Shown one piece after another: positions 1 through 9,494 of a stretch of 64,000 nt of DNA. This DNA comes from Parcubacteria group bacterium M10-OD1-1 (GTDB lineage: Bacteria > Patescibacteriota > Minisyncoccia > Moranbacterales > UBA2206): positions 73,351-137,350 of the forward strand of contig LSNL01000001.1 of assembly GCA_003056145.1 (NCBI GenBank), given 5' to 3'. A program made the position numbers and the translations under genes. The notes under the pieces are model-generated. The model did no database searches, was not told where the DNA came from, and saw only the letters and a list, made by a program, of their open reading frames with translations. Position 1 is the stretch's first letter. Every line of letters begins with the position of its first letter.

Positions 1-365
1 ACCTAGGTTTAACTAGAAGTAAAAATTTTTGGCAAAGTCAAACTAAACAAGAAGTTGACTGGGTTTCTGGAGCGGCTTTATTGATTAGAAAAAATGATTT
101 TATTAAGGTGGGTGGATTTGATGAAAAATTTTTTATGTATTTTGAAGACTTGGATCTTTGTCGAAGAATAAAAAACCAAAAAAAACAAATTTTATTCTAT
201 CCCGATTTATTAATTAAACATGAGGGTGGAAAAAGTTATTCAAACCCGAAAAAACAAAAAAAAGATTTTTATCTTTCACAAGAATATTATTTTGAAAAAT
301 ACTCTAATAGCATTATTACTTCAATAATTAAAACAATTAGGCGAATGATAAACTTATTTAGTTAA
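1..365 (+). CDS. Glycosyltransferase family 2, C-terminal fragment (5' end outside window)
   Basis: Frame is open from nt 3 with no stop. Translation ...WVSGAALLIRKNDFIKVGGFDEKFFMYFEDLDLCRRIK matches the conserved C-terminal region of GT2 enzymes. Confidence 0.55.
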   Translation, partial: LGLTRSKNFWQSQTKQEVDWVSGAALLIRKNDFIKVGGFDEKFFMYFEDLDLCRRIKNQKKQILFYPDLLIKHEGGKSYSNPKKQKKDFYLSQEYYFEKYSNSIITSIIKTIRRMINLFS

Positions 366-380
366 AAAATAATTTTTAGT

Positions 381-1655
381 ATGTTGTTTAGATTTTTATT
401 ATTATTGGCGGTCTATTTGCCATTTCAAATTGCTCTAAACCCTATCAAAGGAATTGATATGGCTTCTTTAAGGGTCTTGATTTTGATTTTGTTTTTTTGC
501 TGGTTAGCTGAAGGATTGCGGAGAAAAAAAATTCAATTAAAAAAAGAAAAAATAACTTTTTTAATTATAATTTTTCTTTTCCTGAGCTTTTTTTCAATTT
601 TTTTTGCTAATAATTTTGATTGGTCAGGACGAAAAATTTTATATCTTTTTTCTATATTTCCTATTTATTTTGTTATGCAGGATGTTATTGTTAGTAAAAA
701 GCAAATGCAAAGAATTATTCAAAAGTTAGTCTTGGCGGGTAGTTTAATCTCTGTTTTAGGCATCTTTCAAGTGATTTGGCAATTCTTTATTCCAATTAAA
801 CAAGAATTTTATTTTTGGTCACATTATGTAACACCAATATTTTTAGGAAAAAACTTAGGATTAGCTGTTATGACTTATCCTAGTTGGCTAGTTAATATAG
901 CTGGAAAAACTTATTTTCGGGCGGTAGCTATTTTCCCTGATCCGCATATGTTTTCTTTCTTTTTAGGATTATTATTGCCGTTGGCTATAGCAGTTTGGCG
1001 AAAAGAAAAAAATAATAAGTGGTTATTAGCGTTTCTAAGTATTTTTTTGGCGGATATTTTAACTTTTTCACGAGGAGGTTATTTTGGTCTTTTAGCCGGT
1101 TTTTTGTTTTTTATAATTATTTTATTAAATAATAAAAAGAAAAAATATAAATTTTTAATAGTAGCTACTTTAATTTTAGCTTTTGGTTTAATAATTCCTA
1201 ATCCTATTACTACCCGTTTTTTATCTAGTTTTAATTTACAAGAAGGTTCCAACGCTGGACGAATAAAAATGTGGCAAGATGCTATTAAAATAATAAAAGA
1301 GAAGCCTTTCTATGGCGCAGGAATTGGTAATTTTCCTTTAACAGTAAATTCTTTAGCTACTTATCGGGAGCCTATTTATGCACACAATACTTATTTAGAT
1401 ATTTCGGTTGATTCAGGTATTTTAGCTGGTTTAGCTTGGTTATCAATTTTATTTTTAGCTTGGCTAAAATTTTTCCAAAAAAGAAAAGAAGATATTATTT
1501 ATTTAGGCTTAGCGGTTAGTATAGTTATTTTTTCAGTACATTCTTTTTTTGACACAGCTATTTATTCACCAGTTGTTCTAACTTTACTTTTAATGATTTT
1601 GAGTTTTAGCCTAATTAAGGTTAGAATTAAAAAAGAAGAAAATAGTTTAAAGTAA
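381..1655 (+). CDS. O-antigen ligase / Wzy_C family polytopic membrane protein
   Basis: 424 aa with >10 predicted TM helices. Contains SRGGYFGLLAGFLFF and AHNTYLDISVDSGILAGLAWL, the H..N / G..G signature of O-antigen ligase-like proteins. Confidence 0.55.
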   Translation: MLFRFLLLLAVYLPFQIALNPIKGIDMASLRVLILILFFCWLAEGLRRKKIQLKKEKITFLIIIFLFLSFFSIFFANNFDWSGRKILYLFSIFPIYFVMQDVIVSKKQMQRIIQKLVLAGSLISVLGIFQVIWQFFIPIKQEFYFWSHYVTPIFLGKNLGLAVMTYPSWLVNIAGKTYFRAVAIFPDPHMFSFFLGLLLPLAIAVWRKEKNNKWLLAFLSIFLADILTFSRGGYFGLLAGFLFFIIILLNNKKKKYKFLIVATLILAFGLIIPNPITTRFLSSFNLQEGSNAGRIKMWQDAIKIIKEKPFYGAGIGNFPLTVNSLATYREPIYAHNTYLDISVDSGILAGLAWLSILFLAWLKFFQKRKEDIIYLGLAVSIVIFSVHSFFDTAIYSPVVLTLLLMILSFSLIKVRIKKEENSLK

Positions 1656-1661
1656 TTTCTA

Positions 1662-2858
1662 ATGAAAAATAAATTTAAAAAAATATTTCTTTTAGAAAAT
1701 TTGGTTTATGGAGTAATTTTATTACTGCCTCTTTATCTAGTAAAAATAAAATTTTTATTTTGGCCATCTAATTGGTTAGAAATTTTAATCGGGCTTACTC
1801 TAATTGGGTGGTGGTTTAAAAAAAGAAAAAATTTTAATTTAAAGTTTTTTTTAAAAAACTATCAAAAATATATTATAGCTATTAGTTTAATAGCCGGAGG
1901 GTTTTTTCTTTCAGTTTGGGCGAGTAATGATGCAATAAAATCATTAGGAGCAATTAAAGGCTGGTTTTTAGCTCCTTTACTTTTTATTTTGATTGCTGGA
2001 GATATAATTGGTAAGAAAAAGATAAAAAATATTTTTCAGGCTTATTTTTTCTCAGCTTTTATCGTATCTATTATTGCTTTAGGTTATCTAATTTTACAAA
2101 AACTGACTTATGATAGACGCCTAGAAGCTTTTTTTAATTCTCCAAATTATTTAGCAATGTATTTAGCGCCAGCTCTAGCTGGAATAATAATTAAGCTAAT
2201 TTTAGAAACCAAAAGAAAGAATAAGTTAATGTCTATTTATTTAATTGTTCCTATTTTAGTAGCTTTTTATTGGACTTTTTCTTATTCGGCTTGGTTAGCT
2301 GTTGGACTAGCTATTTTAGCAGTTTTAACTTTAAAATTCAAACATAATAAAAAGAAAATTGTAGCTAGTATAATAATTATCTTAGCTGGTTTTTTATTGA
2401 TTTTTTCTAGTCAATTAAATAATAAAAAATTTATAGCTTTGGTTGATTTTAATAATCGATCATCAGTTGCTTCACGGGTTATTATTTGGCGAGTAACTTG
2501 GCGAGCTATTGAAGATCATTGGTTTTTAGGAATTGGAATGAATAATTTTCAAACAACTTATCTTAGCTATCAGAAAGAGTTTCCTCCTTATTTGGAATGG
2601 GCGGTTCCACACCCGCATAATCTTTACTTAGCTTTTTGGTTATCGGGAGGGATACTCAGTTTAATAGGTTTTTTTATGTTTTTATTTTTTTGGTTTCAAA
2701 ATATTTTTCAAAAATTAAAAAAGGATAACCAAATTTTATTTTGGATGACCCTTGGATTGATGCTGGTCATCTTATTTCATGGTTTTGTTGATACAACCTA
2801 TTTTAAAAATGATTTAGCTATTATTTTTTGGATGAACTTATTAGTTTGTATAAAATAA
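1662..2858 (+). CDS. O-antigen ligase / Wzy_C family membrane protein, paralog
   Basis: 398 aa polytopic protein. Motifs FSYSAWLAVGLAILA and PHPHNLYLAFWLSGGILSLIGF. Tandem paralog of the preceding gene. Confidence 0.55.
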   Translation: MKNKFKKIFLLENLVYGVILLLPLYLVKIKFLFWPSNWLEILIGLTLIGWWFKKRKNFNLKFFLKNYQKYIIAISLIAGGFFLSVWASNDAIKSLGAIKGWFLAPLLFILIAGDIIGKKKIKNIFQAYFFSAFIVSIIALGYLILQKLTYDRRLEAFFNSPNYLAMYLAPALAGIIIKLILETKRKNKLMSIYLIVPILVAFYWTFSYSAWLAVGLAILAVLTLKFKHNKKKIVASIIIILAGFLLIFSSQLNNKKFIALVDFNNRSSVASRVIIWRVTWRAIEDHWFLGIGMNNFQTTYLSYQKEFPPYLEWAVPHPHNLYLAFWLSGGILSLIGFFMFLFFWFQNIFQKLKKDNQILFWMTLGLMLVILFHGFVDTTYFKNDLAIIFWMNLLVCIK

Positions 2859-2921
2859 TAACCCACTAGCAGGTGGGTTATTACTCTTTTAAGACTGAGT
2901 AACTTAAATTTAATTTTTCGC

Positions 2922-3554
2922 TTAAAGTTGCTGAAAATACTTTTCCAAAATAAGCAAGGCTTTCTTAAAAGCTTTTCCTCTATGATTTATTCTAATCAAC
3001 TCACTTGCATCAAACTCAGCATTGGTTTTTTGATAATTGAGCTCTACTGGCAAAAATAGCGGAGCATAGCCGAAGCTCTTTGTTCCTCTTGGCTCTAAGG
3101 CAAGTCTCCCATGCCATTTCCCTTCTACTGTTTCGACAAACTTTGTTTTGGGATCAAAAATAGCTACTGAGCAATGATAATGACAACTTCTTTTTTCATC
3201 ATCAAGAAAATCCTTCATTTCCGCCAAAACTTTTTGATTGTTCGCTTCGTCTGTTTTTTCTTTAGAATATCTGGCTGAATATACTCCTGGTGCACCATTA
3301 AGCGCATCAATGCAAATTCCACTGTCATCAGCTAATGTTATCATATTTAAAGCTTCTCCGATTACAATCGCCTTAATTAACGCATTTCCTTCAAAGCTTT
3401 TTGCATTTTCTACGATTTCCAAATCTGGAATTTGATCGCGAAATTCAGATAGAAACCTAATATTAAAATCAGAGTCAGAAAAAATATCCGCAATTTCTCG
3501 CGCTTTACCTTTATTCTCAGTGGCAACTAAAATTTCTTTTTTTAACTTGGTCAT
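2922..3554 (-). CDS. rdgB: Non-canonical purine NTP pyrophosphatase (dITP/XTP), Ham1/RdgB family
   Basis: 210 aa. N-terminal ILVATENKGKAREI matches the Ham1 'ATxNxGKxxE' motif. Size and overall conservation fit RdgB. Confidence 0.7.
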   Translation of the reverse strand: MTKLKKEILVATENKGKAREIADIFSDSDFNIRFLSEFRDQIPDLEIVENAKSFEGNALIKAIVIGEALNMITLADDSGICIDALNGAPGVYSARYSKEKTDEANNQKVLAEMKDFLDDEKRSCHYHCSVAIFDPKTKFVETVEGKWHGRLALEPRGTKSFGYAPLFLPVELNYQKTNAEFDASELIRINHRGKAFKKALLILEKYFQQL

Positions 3555-3634
3555 AGCATTCTCAATATTTGTATATTTTAACTATAGTATAAAACAAAAA
3601 CAGCTCAGAAGGAAGCCGTTTTTAAAATTAACTG

Positions 3635-3706
3635 AGCGAGTAACGGGAATCGAACCCGTCTTTCTTCCTTGGCAAGGAGGTGTAATAGCCACTATACGAT
3701 ACTCGC
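3635..3706 (-). tRNA. tRNA-Gly (GCC)
   Basis: Reverse complement folds as a cloverleaf: acceptor GCGAGTA/TACTCGC, anticodon loop TTGCCAA (anticodon GCC), T-arm CGGGTTCGATTCCCG, discriminator U. Confidence 0.7.
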
Positions 3707-3757
3707 TGTTATTTAGTTTTTACAGACTAATCAAGAGAAAATTGAAAAAATAATAAT

Positions 3758-3832
<75 letters not shown>

Positions 3833-3856
3833 GTTTAAGTTGGGAGAGGAGAATGT

Positions 3857-3929
3857 GGATCCTATAGGACTCGAACCTATAACCTCCTCGGTGTAAACGA
3901 GATGCTCTAGCCAATTGAGCTAAGGATCC
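3857..3929 (-). tRNA. tRNA-Val (TAC)
   Basis: Reverse complement GGATCCTTAGCTCAATTGGCTAGAGC...TCTCGTTTACACCGAGG... has anticodon loop TTTACAC (TAC), T-arm GGTTCGAGTCC and acceptor GGATCCT/AGGATCC. Confidence 0.75.
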
Positions 3930-4013
3930 ATTGGTAGGCTTTTACAACTTATATTTTAACTAATAAATTAAAACCAATATTATGAAAACAAACGATACTC
4001 CTAGTTCTCTAAG

Positions 4014-4096
4014 TGCCTTCGGCGGGACTCGAACCCACATGGACAGAAGTCCCATGCACCTCAAGCATGTGTGTATACCAATTCCACCACGAAGGC
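4014..4096 (-). tRNA. tRNA-Leu (GAG), long variable arm
   Basis: 83 nt. Reverse complement GCCTTCGTGGTGGAATTGGTATACAC... has anticodon stem-loop CATGC-TTGAGGT-GCATG (GAG), variable arm GGACTTCTGTCC and T-arm GTGGGTTCGAGTCCCGC. Confidence 0.7.
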
Positions 4097-4142
4097 AAGC
4101 AAATAAAACTTATTAGATTCAATTTTTAATGGTTCTATTTTT

Positions 4143-4694
4143 TTACTTTGCTGTTTTAGCTTTATCTTCAACTATTTTTGTACTATTTTTCTTGATTTGA
4201 TTAACTTCTTCAGCTTTTTCATTTTGCTTTTCAGACATAGCCATTTCTTTATTTTCTTCAGTTTCTTCTTTTTGCGTCTCGCTAGGAATTATTTTCTCTG
4301 TTTCTTTAATTTCCGTTTCTTCTTTTGGGGTTATATCTTCAACAGTTGTAGTTTTATATTTCATCCGACTTTGTTTGGCAGTTAGACCTCGAACATAATA
4401 CAACTTAGATCTTCTAACCTTAGCTCGTTTAATAAATTCAATTTTTTCAACATTATGAGATAAAACAGGCACAATCATTTCAATTCCTACTCCATTAGAA
4501 ACCTTTCTAACCGTAATAGTATAGGAAGAGCTTTGTTTTCCTTTAATGGCAATAATTAAACCTTCAAAAATTTGAATTCTTTCTTTTTCTCCTTCTTTAA
4601 TCTTAAGATGTATTTTAACCACATCACCTGCTTGAAAATTTGGAAGAGTTTTTGATCGTAAACTAGCATTAAAATTAATTATTTTCTTATCCAT
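4143..4694 (-). CDS. rplS: 50S ribosomal protein L19 with Lys/Glu-rich C-terminal extension
   Basis: N-terminal 115 aa (…GDVVKIHLKIKEGEKERIQIFEGLIIAIKG…TVRKVSNGVGIEMIVPVLSHNVEKIEFIKRAKVRRSKLYYVR) matches bL19. An extra ~65 aa K/E/T-rich tail follows. Confidence 0.85.
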   Translation of the reverse strand: MDKKIINFNASLRSKTLPNFQAGDVVKIHLKIKEGEKERIQIFEGLIIAIKGKQSSSYTITVRKVSNGVGIEMIVPVLSHNVEKIEFIKRAKVRRSKLYYVRGLTAKQSRMKYKTTTVEDITPKEETEIKETEKIIPSETQKEETEENKEMAMSEKQNEKAEEVNQIKKNSTKIVEDKAKTAK

Positions 4695-4790
4695 AGTATT
4701 ATTATAACAATTATTATTCTAAATAAAAAATAATCTCAATAAATTGAGCGTCGGTACTTAGAAATTACTAATATTTTTAGCCTTTTTATA

Positions 4791-5741
4791 TTAGCCTTTT
4801 ATTTCTTTTTCGTCAAGACGATTTAAAAAATCCTTGAAATCTTTTGGCAATGGAGCATTAAATTGGTATTTTTTTCCTTGTAGTTCAAATTTTATTTCTT
4901 GAGCATGTAATAATTGCCTAGATACTTTATCAAATAAATTAGAACTGTTTCTTTTCAATTGATAGAGTTTATCTCCTACGATAGGATGCTTAATTGAAAA
5001 TAAATGGACTCTAATTTGGTGCATTCTCCCGGTTTTAGGCGTAACTTCTAAAAGAGAATAATTAGAAAAGTTTTGAAGTATTTGATATTGAGTGAGCGCT
5101 TTTCTGATTTTAGTTTTAGTTTTTTTTCCAGCAATAACTTGTTTTTTATAATTAGTAGAACGAGCAATTTCTTTATCAATAGAACCTTGTTTTTTTTCTG
5201 GAATACCAAAAACTACTGCCCAATATTTTTTTTCAATAGTTCTCTTTTTAAATTGCTCTTTGAGATTTAGAAAAGTTTTTTGTTTTTTGGCAATAATCAT
5301 AAGTCCACTAGTATCTTTATCTAGACGATGAACTATGCCTGGTCTATTTTGAGGATTATCCCCAACTAATTTTATTTCAGGAAATTTTATGATAAGACCG
5401 TTAACTAAAGTATCTTTTTCATTACGATTGCTAGGATGAACTTGTAGTCCAGCAGTCTTATTGATAATAGCAAAGTCTTCATTTTCAAAAATTACTTCAA
5501 TTTTGATTTTAAAATTAGGAAAGAGTTGGATGATTGGAGTTTGAATATTGAAACTGATAGTCTCCCCTGTTTTTAATGAATAACTAGGTTTAGTTTTTGA
5601 ATTATTAACTAAAATTGAGCCTTCTTTAATTTGTCTAATGATTTCTCCTCGTGTTACTTCTGTATTTAAAAAAAATTCCTTTTTTAGGAATTTATCAATT
5701 CTTTGCCCACTTTTTGGCTCGCTAATTACTACTTCCTCCAT
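4791..5741 (-). CDS. rluD: Pseudouridine synthase, RluA/RluD family, with N-terminal S4 domain
   Basis: Catalytic motif HRLDKDTSGLMIIAKK (HRLDxxTSG) and an S4-like N-terminus. 316 aa. Confidence 0.8.
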   Translation of the reverse strand: MEEVVISEPKSGQRIDKFLKKEFFLNTEVTRGEIIRQIKEGSILVNNSKTKPSYSLKTGETISFNIQTPIIQLFPNFKIKIEVIFENEDFAIINKTAGLQVHPSNRNEKDTLVNGLIIKFPEIKLVGDNPQNRPGIVHRLDKDTSGLMIIAKKQKTFLNLKEQFKKRTIEKKYWAVVFGIPEKKQGSIDKEIARSTNYKKQVIAGKKTKTKIRKALTQYQILQNFSNYSLLEVTPKTGRMHQIRVHLFSIKHPIVGDKLYQLKRNSSNLFDKVSRQLLHAQEIKFELQGKKYQFNAPLPKDFKDFLNRLDEKEIKG

Positions 5742-5758
5742 AAAGTTAAATTAAAAAG

Positions 5759-5841
5759 TGCCTTGGGCGAGACTCGAACTCGCACGGGACAAGCCCACTA
5801 GTTCCTAAGACTAGCGTGTATACCAATTCCACCACCAAGGC
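5759..5841 (-). tRNA. tRNA-Leu (TAG), long variable arm
   Basis: Reverse complement GCCTTGGTGGTGGAATTGGTATACACGCTAGTCTTAGGAACTAGTGGGCTTGTCCCGTGCGAGTTCGAGTCTCGCCCAAGGCA. Anticodon stem-loop CTAGT-CTTAGGA-ACTAG gives anticodon TAG. Confidence 0.7.
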
Positions 5842-5955
5842 GTAAAAAAATCAAAGCTGTTTATTTTTGTTTATTTTCAATACTACCAATCTTACCTTAG
5901 AATAAAAAAAATATCAACTACCAAACCATTTAAACAAAGAATTAAAGACAAAGCG

Positions 5956-6252
5956 TTAATCAGTCCAAATCATTTTTAAGCGTTTAACTTCATCAGCTAA
6001 AGGACCTTCATTTTGATATTCTCCTTGATGTCTAGTTTTATCTCCATAAGTCTCTTTGTTTACATCTAGATGAATAGAAATAATCATATCAGTGCCAGAG
6101 ATTTTTGCATAAATATGAAACCTTGGATAACCAGAAGCCGAAAAAGGTCGAATAAAACTCATCTCTTCACTATCGTTTCTTTGAAAGGTGTATCCAGCAT
6201 CACGCAACATATTAATTGGATTTTCACGAAGCCCTTTAATCTCAATTTTCAT
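5956..6252 (-). CDS. Hypothetical 98-aa protein
   Basis: Clean ORF between tRNA-Leu and folD with non-low-complexity composition (…GYPRFHIYAKISGTDMIISIHLDVNKETYGDKTRHQGEY…). No family recognised by eye. Confidence 0.3.
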   Translation of the reverse strand: MKIEIKGLRENPINMLRDAGYTFQRNDSEEMSFIRPFSASGYPRFHIYAKISGTDMIISIHLDVNKETYGDKTRHQGEYQNEGPLADEVKRLKMIWTD

Positions 6253-6256
6253 AAAA

Positions 6257-7105
6257 TTATTTTTTAGTTAGCAGTCTAGTTGCAATAAGTGTATTTTTCA
6301 TAAGCATTGCAATCGTCATAGGTCCAACTCCTCCAGGAACCGGAGTTATAGCTTTTGCAACTTTCGAAACTTTTTGGAAGTCAACATCTCCAACTAGTTT
6401 GCCATTTTCATCTCGGTTCATTCCAACATCAATAACTATCGCTCCTAATTTTACCATATCTCTAGTTATGAGTTTTGCTTTCCCAGTGGCGGAAATCAAG
6501 ATATCTGCTTTTAAACATTCTTCTTTTAGTTGTTTAGTTTTATTATTACAAAGTGTGACCGTTGCTTCTAAATTGGACAACATAATAGCTAGAGGTTTTC
6601 CAATAATATTACTACTTCCCACAATAACACAGGCTGAACCTGCAATTTTTACTCCGTATATTTTGAGTATTTCTAAAATTCCTAATGGAGTGCATGGATA
6701 AAAATCACTTTCTCCTATTATCACTTTGCCTATATTTCTTGGATGGAAACAATCAACATCTTTTTTTGGGTTAATTGATTCAATTATATTTTCCTCATTG
6801 ATGTGACTTGGTAGTGGTAATTGAATTAGTATTCCGTGAATTTTTTCATTATTATTTAATTTCTTAATTAAATTAAGAAGATCTGCTTCTGTTGTTTTCT
6901 CTGCTAAGCGATACATCGTAGAAATTATCCCTAATTCTTGACAGGATTGTTCTTTGTTTCGAACATAAATGTTAGAAGCTGGATCATTACCAACTAGAAT
7001 CACGGACAGGCTTGGTTGAATATTATCTTTTTTCATAGATAAAACTTCCCGAAGAAAATCCTTTTTGATATTTTGGGCTATTTTTTTTCCATCAATAATA
7101 TTCAT
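6257..7105 (-). CDS. folD: Bifunctional 5,10-methylene-THF dehydrogenase / methenyl-THF cyclohydrolase
   Basis: Conserved FolD blocks: VILVGNDPASNIYVRNKEQSC, HGILIQLPLP, GSACVIVGSSNIIGKPLAIML and PVPGGVGPMT. Confidence 0.9.
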   Translation of the reverse strand: MNIIDGKKIAQNIKKDFLREVLSMKKDNIQPSLSVILVGNDPASNIYVRNKEQSCQELGIISTMYRLAEKTTEADLLNLIKKLNNNEKIHGILIQLPLPSHINEENIIESINPKKDVDCFHPRNIGKVIIGESDFYPCTPLGILEILKIYGVKIAGSACVIVGSSNIIGKPLAIMLSNLEATVTLCNNKTKQLKEECLKADILISATGKAKLITRDMVKLGAIVIDVGMNRDENGKLVGDVDFQKVSKVAKAITPVPGGVGPMTIAMLMKNTLIATRLLTKK

Positions 7106-7353
7106 ATTTGAGAAAAGCTAAAAGGCTGGTTAATAGTTTTAAAGAGTCATTATATTACAGTATGTTATCTTTAAAAAATACATTTCATTCTTTAAAAAAA
7201 GTTACCTTATTTATTTACCTAAAACTTAATAGATATAATTTATGAGAGGTATAGTTATGGAAACTATACAATAATAGCATAAACCATTCTAGTAAATTTT
7301 TCCAATTAAAAAGAAAAATAGTGCTATTTTCTCTAAATAAAGTTAAACAGAAT

Positions 7354-8868
7354 TTATTTTACCCAATATTTTCCTTTTGTTTTTTTGTCATCTTCTTTCT
7401 TTTTTTCTTTTATTTTCTTTTTAGCAACTTCATCTAAGTCCTCTAAATTATTTTTATCTTGAAGTTCTTCAACACGTTTCAAGAGTTTTTCTTTACTATT
7501 TAACTTTGGTTCGTCGATTACTTCCGCAAGCAGTACATCTAAAATATTGCCAATTATTGGTCCAGGTTTTATAGCTAGTTCTTTTATTAGGTCGTTACCG
7601 TTTATTTTTAATTGTTTTACTGACAAAGGGTCTTTGGAAACTTTTTCTACCATATATTTAAAATGTCGGAGTTTATAGGGAATAGCTTTTGCCACTCCAC
7701 TCCCCAATCGATCCCCAATTCGGACATCAATCAAGTCATTGATATTATCCAATCCAACTTTAGTTATAACTTTTCTTACGCCTTTTTCTCCAACTTCTTC
7801 TACATTATAATAAAACATATGATTTTTAACCAAAAGAACTGTTTTGTCAGTTATTTTTTTCGGGAATTTCAGCCTTTCCATAATTGTTTTTGTTATTTTT
7901 GCACCGATATATTCATGACCATAAAATGTTGCAAACTCTCCTTTTCCTCTTTTAGCTTTTGGTTTTCCAATATCATGAAGAAATGCTGCTAAACGTACTT
8001 CTAGTTTTTCCGACGGACAAGTTTTAAGAGCTGCTAATAGATGTTTATAGACAGTATTGAAGGGACCATAATAATGATGTCGGTTTTGTGTCACGTCAAT
8101 AGTAGTGGAAATTTCTGGAATGATATTTTCCATAAGTCCAGTTTCAACTAAGAGCTTAATTCCCTCAGCTGGACGATTAGAAATAATGATTTTTTCTAGT
8201 TCATCTCGAATTCTTTCCGCAGATACATATTTTAATAAGTCCTTATGTTTTTTGATAGCGGTCAAAGTTTTTTCTTCAATTTTAAAATTAAGTTGAACAG
8301 AAAATCTAATAGCACGCAACATCCTTAAGGCATCTTCATTAAATCTTTCATCTGGATTTCCAACAGCTCTAATTAGTCGTTTAGCTAAATCTTTTTGACC
8401 ATCAAATAAATCGATTAGTGTGTAGTCATAAGACGCTTTTGCTTCAGCGGAAGGAATAATTTGCAAGGCTAAGGCATTAATTGTAAAATCTCGCCTAGAT
8501 AAATCTTCGGTTAAGGTTTGAGCAAATTTTATTTGGTCTGGGTGTCGTTTGTCGCTGTAGGTAGACTCAATTCTATAAGTCGTTACTTCAATAATATCGT
8601 ATTCTCGTTCAGCTAAACCTTTTTTTAAGAAAGGAATTACTTTTACTCCTACAGTCCCAAACTTATTTTCATAAAAACTGTTAGGAAATTTTTTTAAAAG
8701 TTCTTTTGGTTGAGCATTGGTTGTAATATCCCAATCATTTGGTTCACTTAAATTTGAATCTTTCATAACTAAAAATCGTACGCAACCACCTACTATATAG
8801 GCTTCAAATCCAGCTTTTTCGATTGTTTGGAGTACCTCAATTACTTGAGAAGGAATTTTTTGAATCAT
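7354..8868 (-). CDS. cca: CCA-adding enzyme / tRNA nucleotidyltransferase with HD domain and K/E/D-rich tail
   Basis: N-terminal GFEAYIVGGCVRFLVM (poly(A) polymerase/CCA head motif GGxVRD), then an HD motif LHDIGKP. Charged low-complexity C-terminus. Confidence 0.8.
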   Translation of the reverse strand: MIQKIPSQVIEVLQTIEKAGFEAYIVGGCVRFLVMKDSNLSEPNDWDITTNAQPKELLKKFPNSFYENKFGTVGVKVIPFLKKGLAEREYDIIEVTTYRIESTYSDKRHPDQIKFAQTLTEDLSRRDFTINALALQIIPSAEAKASYDYTLIDLFDGQKDLAKRLIRAVGNPDERFNEDALRMLRAIRFSVQLNFKIEEKTLTAIKKHKDLLKYVSAERIRDELEKIIISNRPAEGIKLLVETGLMENIIPEISTTIDVTQNRHHYYGPFNTVYKHLLAALKTCPSEKLEVRLAAFLHDIGKPKAKRGKGEFATFYGHEYIGAKITKTIMERLKFPKKITDKTVLLVKNHMFYYNVEEVGEKGVRKVITKVGLDNINDLIDVRIGDRLGSGVAKAIPYKLRHFKYMVEKVSKDPLSVKQLKINGNDLIKELAIKPGPIIGNILDVLLAEVIDEPKLNSKEKLLKRVEELQDKNNLEDLDEVAKKKIKEKKKEDDKKTKGKYWVK

Positions 8869-8879
8869 AATTAATGCGA

Positions 8880-8954
8880 TGGTGCTCTCGCCAAGAGTCG
8901 AACTTGGATCTAAGGCTTAGGAGTCCCTTGTTCTATCCGTTGAACTACGAGAGC
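8880..8954 (-). tRNA. tRNA-Arg (CCT), encoded CCA
   Basis: Reverse complement GCTCTCGTAGTTCAACGGATAGAAC-AGGGA-CTCCTAA-GCCTT...CCAAGTTCGACTCTTGG-CGAGAGC-ACCA. Anticodon CCT. Confidence 0.7.
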
Positions 8955-9494
8955 TTTATTATGGGTGATTGTTATGCAAGACTTAATAAATGTTAACATA
9001 AATAATCTAAAATTAAAAGAAAAATCATTAAAGTCCTGAAGATAAATTTATAATTATTATATAAATAAACCTACCGATATTGTTTATCTTTAAAGGAAAT
9101 TTTATTTTTTAATTCCTAATATTTTTTATAAAATAATTAATTTGTGAATAACTAAATCTATTTACTGTGAAAGTTAGTTTTCTTTTGAAAAAAGAAAACT
9201 AACTAATTTAATATAAAAAGGTCTCAGTTACATTATAAAAAATTAAAAGTAGCCTAATTTAAATAAATCTAGCTATAAAATTACATAATAAGTAAAGTTC
9301 AGTTTAAAAATAAGGTCTCTCCTTAAGTTGGACGTTTTGCTTAAATAATTTATTTTTAAATAAAAAATATATTTGATCAATAAAGCTTAGTATTAAGGTA
9401 AAATATTGGTTAAGTTTTTTTAAATATGTTGTAGATAGGCTTTTCATGAAAAGATTTTTGTGGTGAAATACTAACAATACTCGAACCTATTTTG

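Noticed and set aside
3238-3435. Numerous short antisense or embedded ORFs (e.g. 3238-3435, 4197-4385, 5073-5270, 6399-6701, 7663-7992, 14442-14736, 15824-16280, 22970-23317, 25146-25355, 26405-26695, 35443-36411, 41903-42115, 50097-50285, 53837-54022, 54407-54613, 61262-61813, 62380-62610)
   Set aside because: All lie wholly inside longer, well-supported genes on the opposite strand or in another frame. Low-complexity translations typical of AT-rich shadow ORFs.
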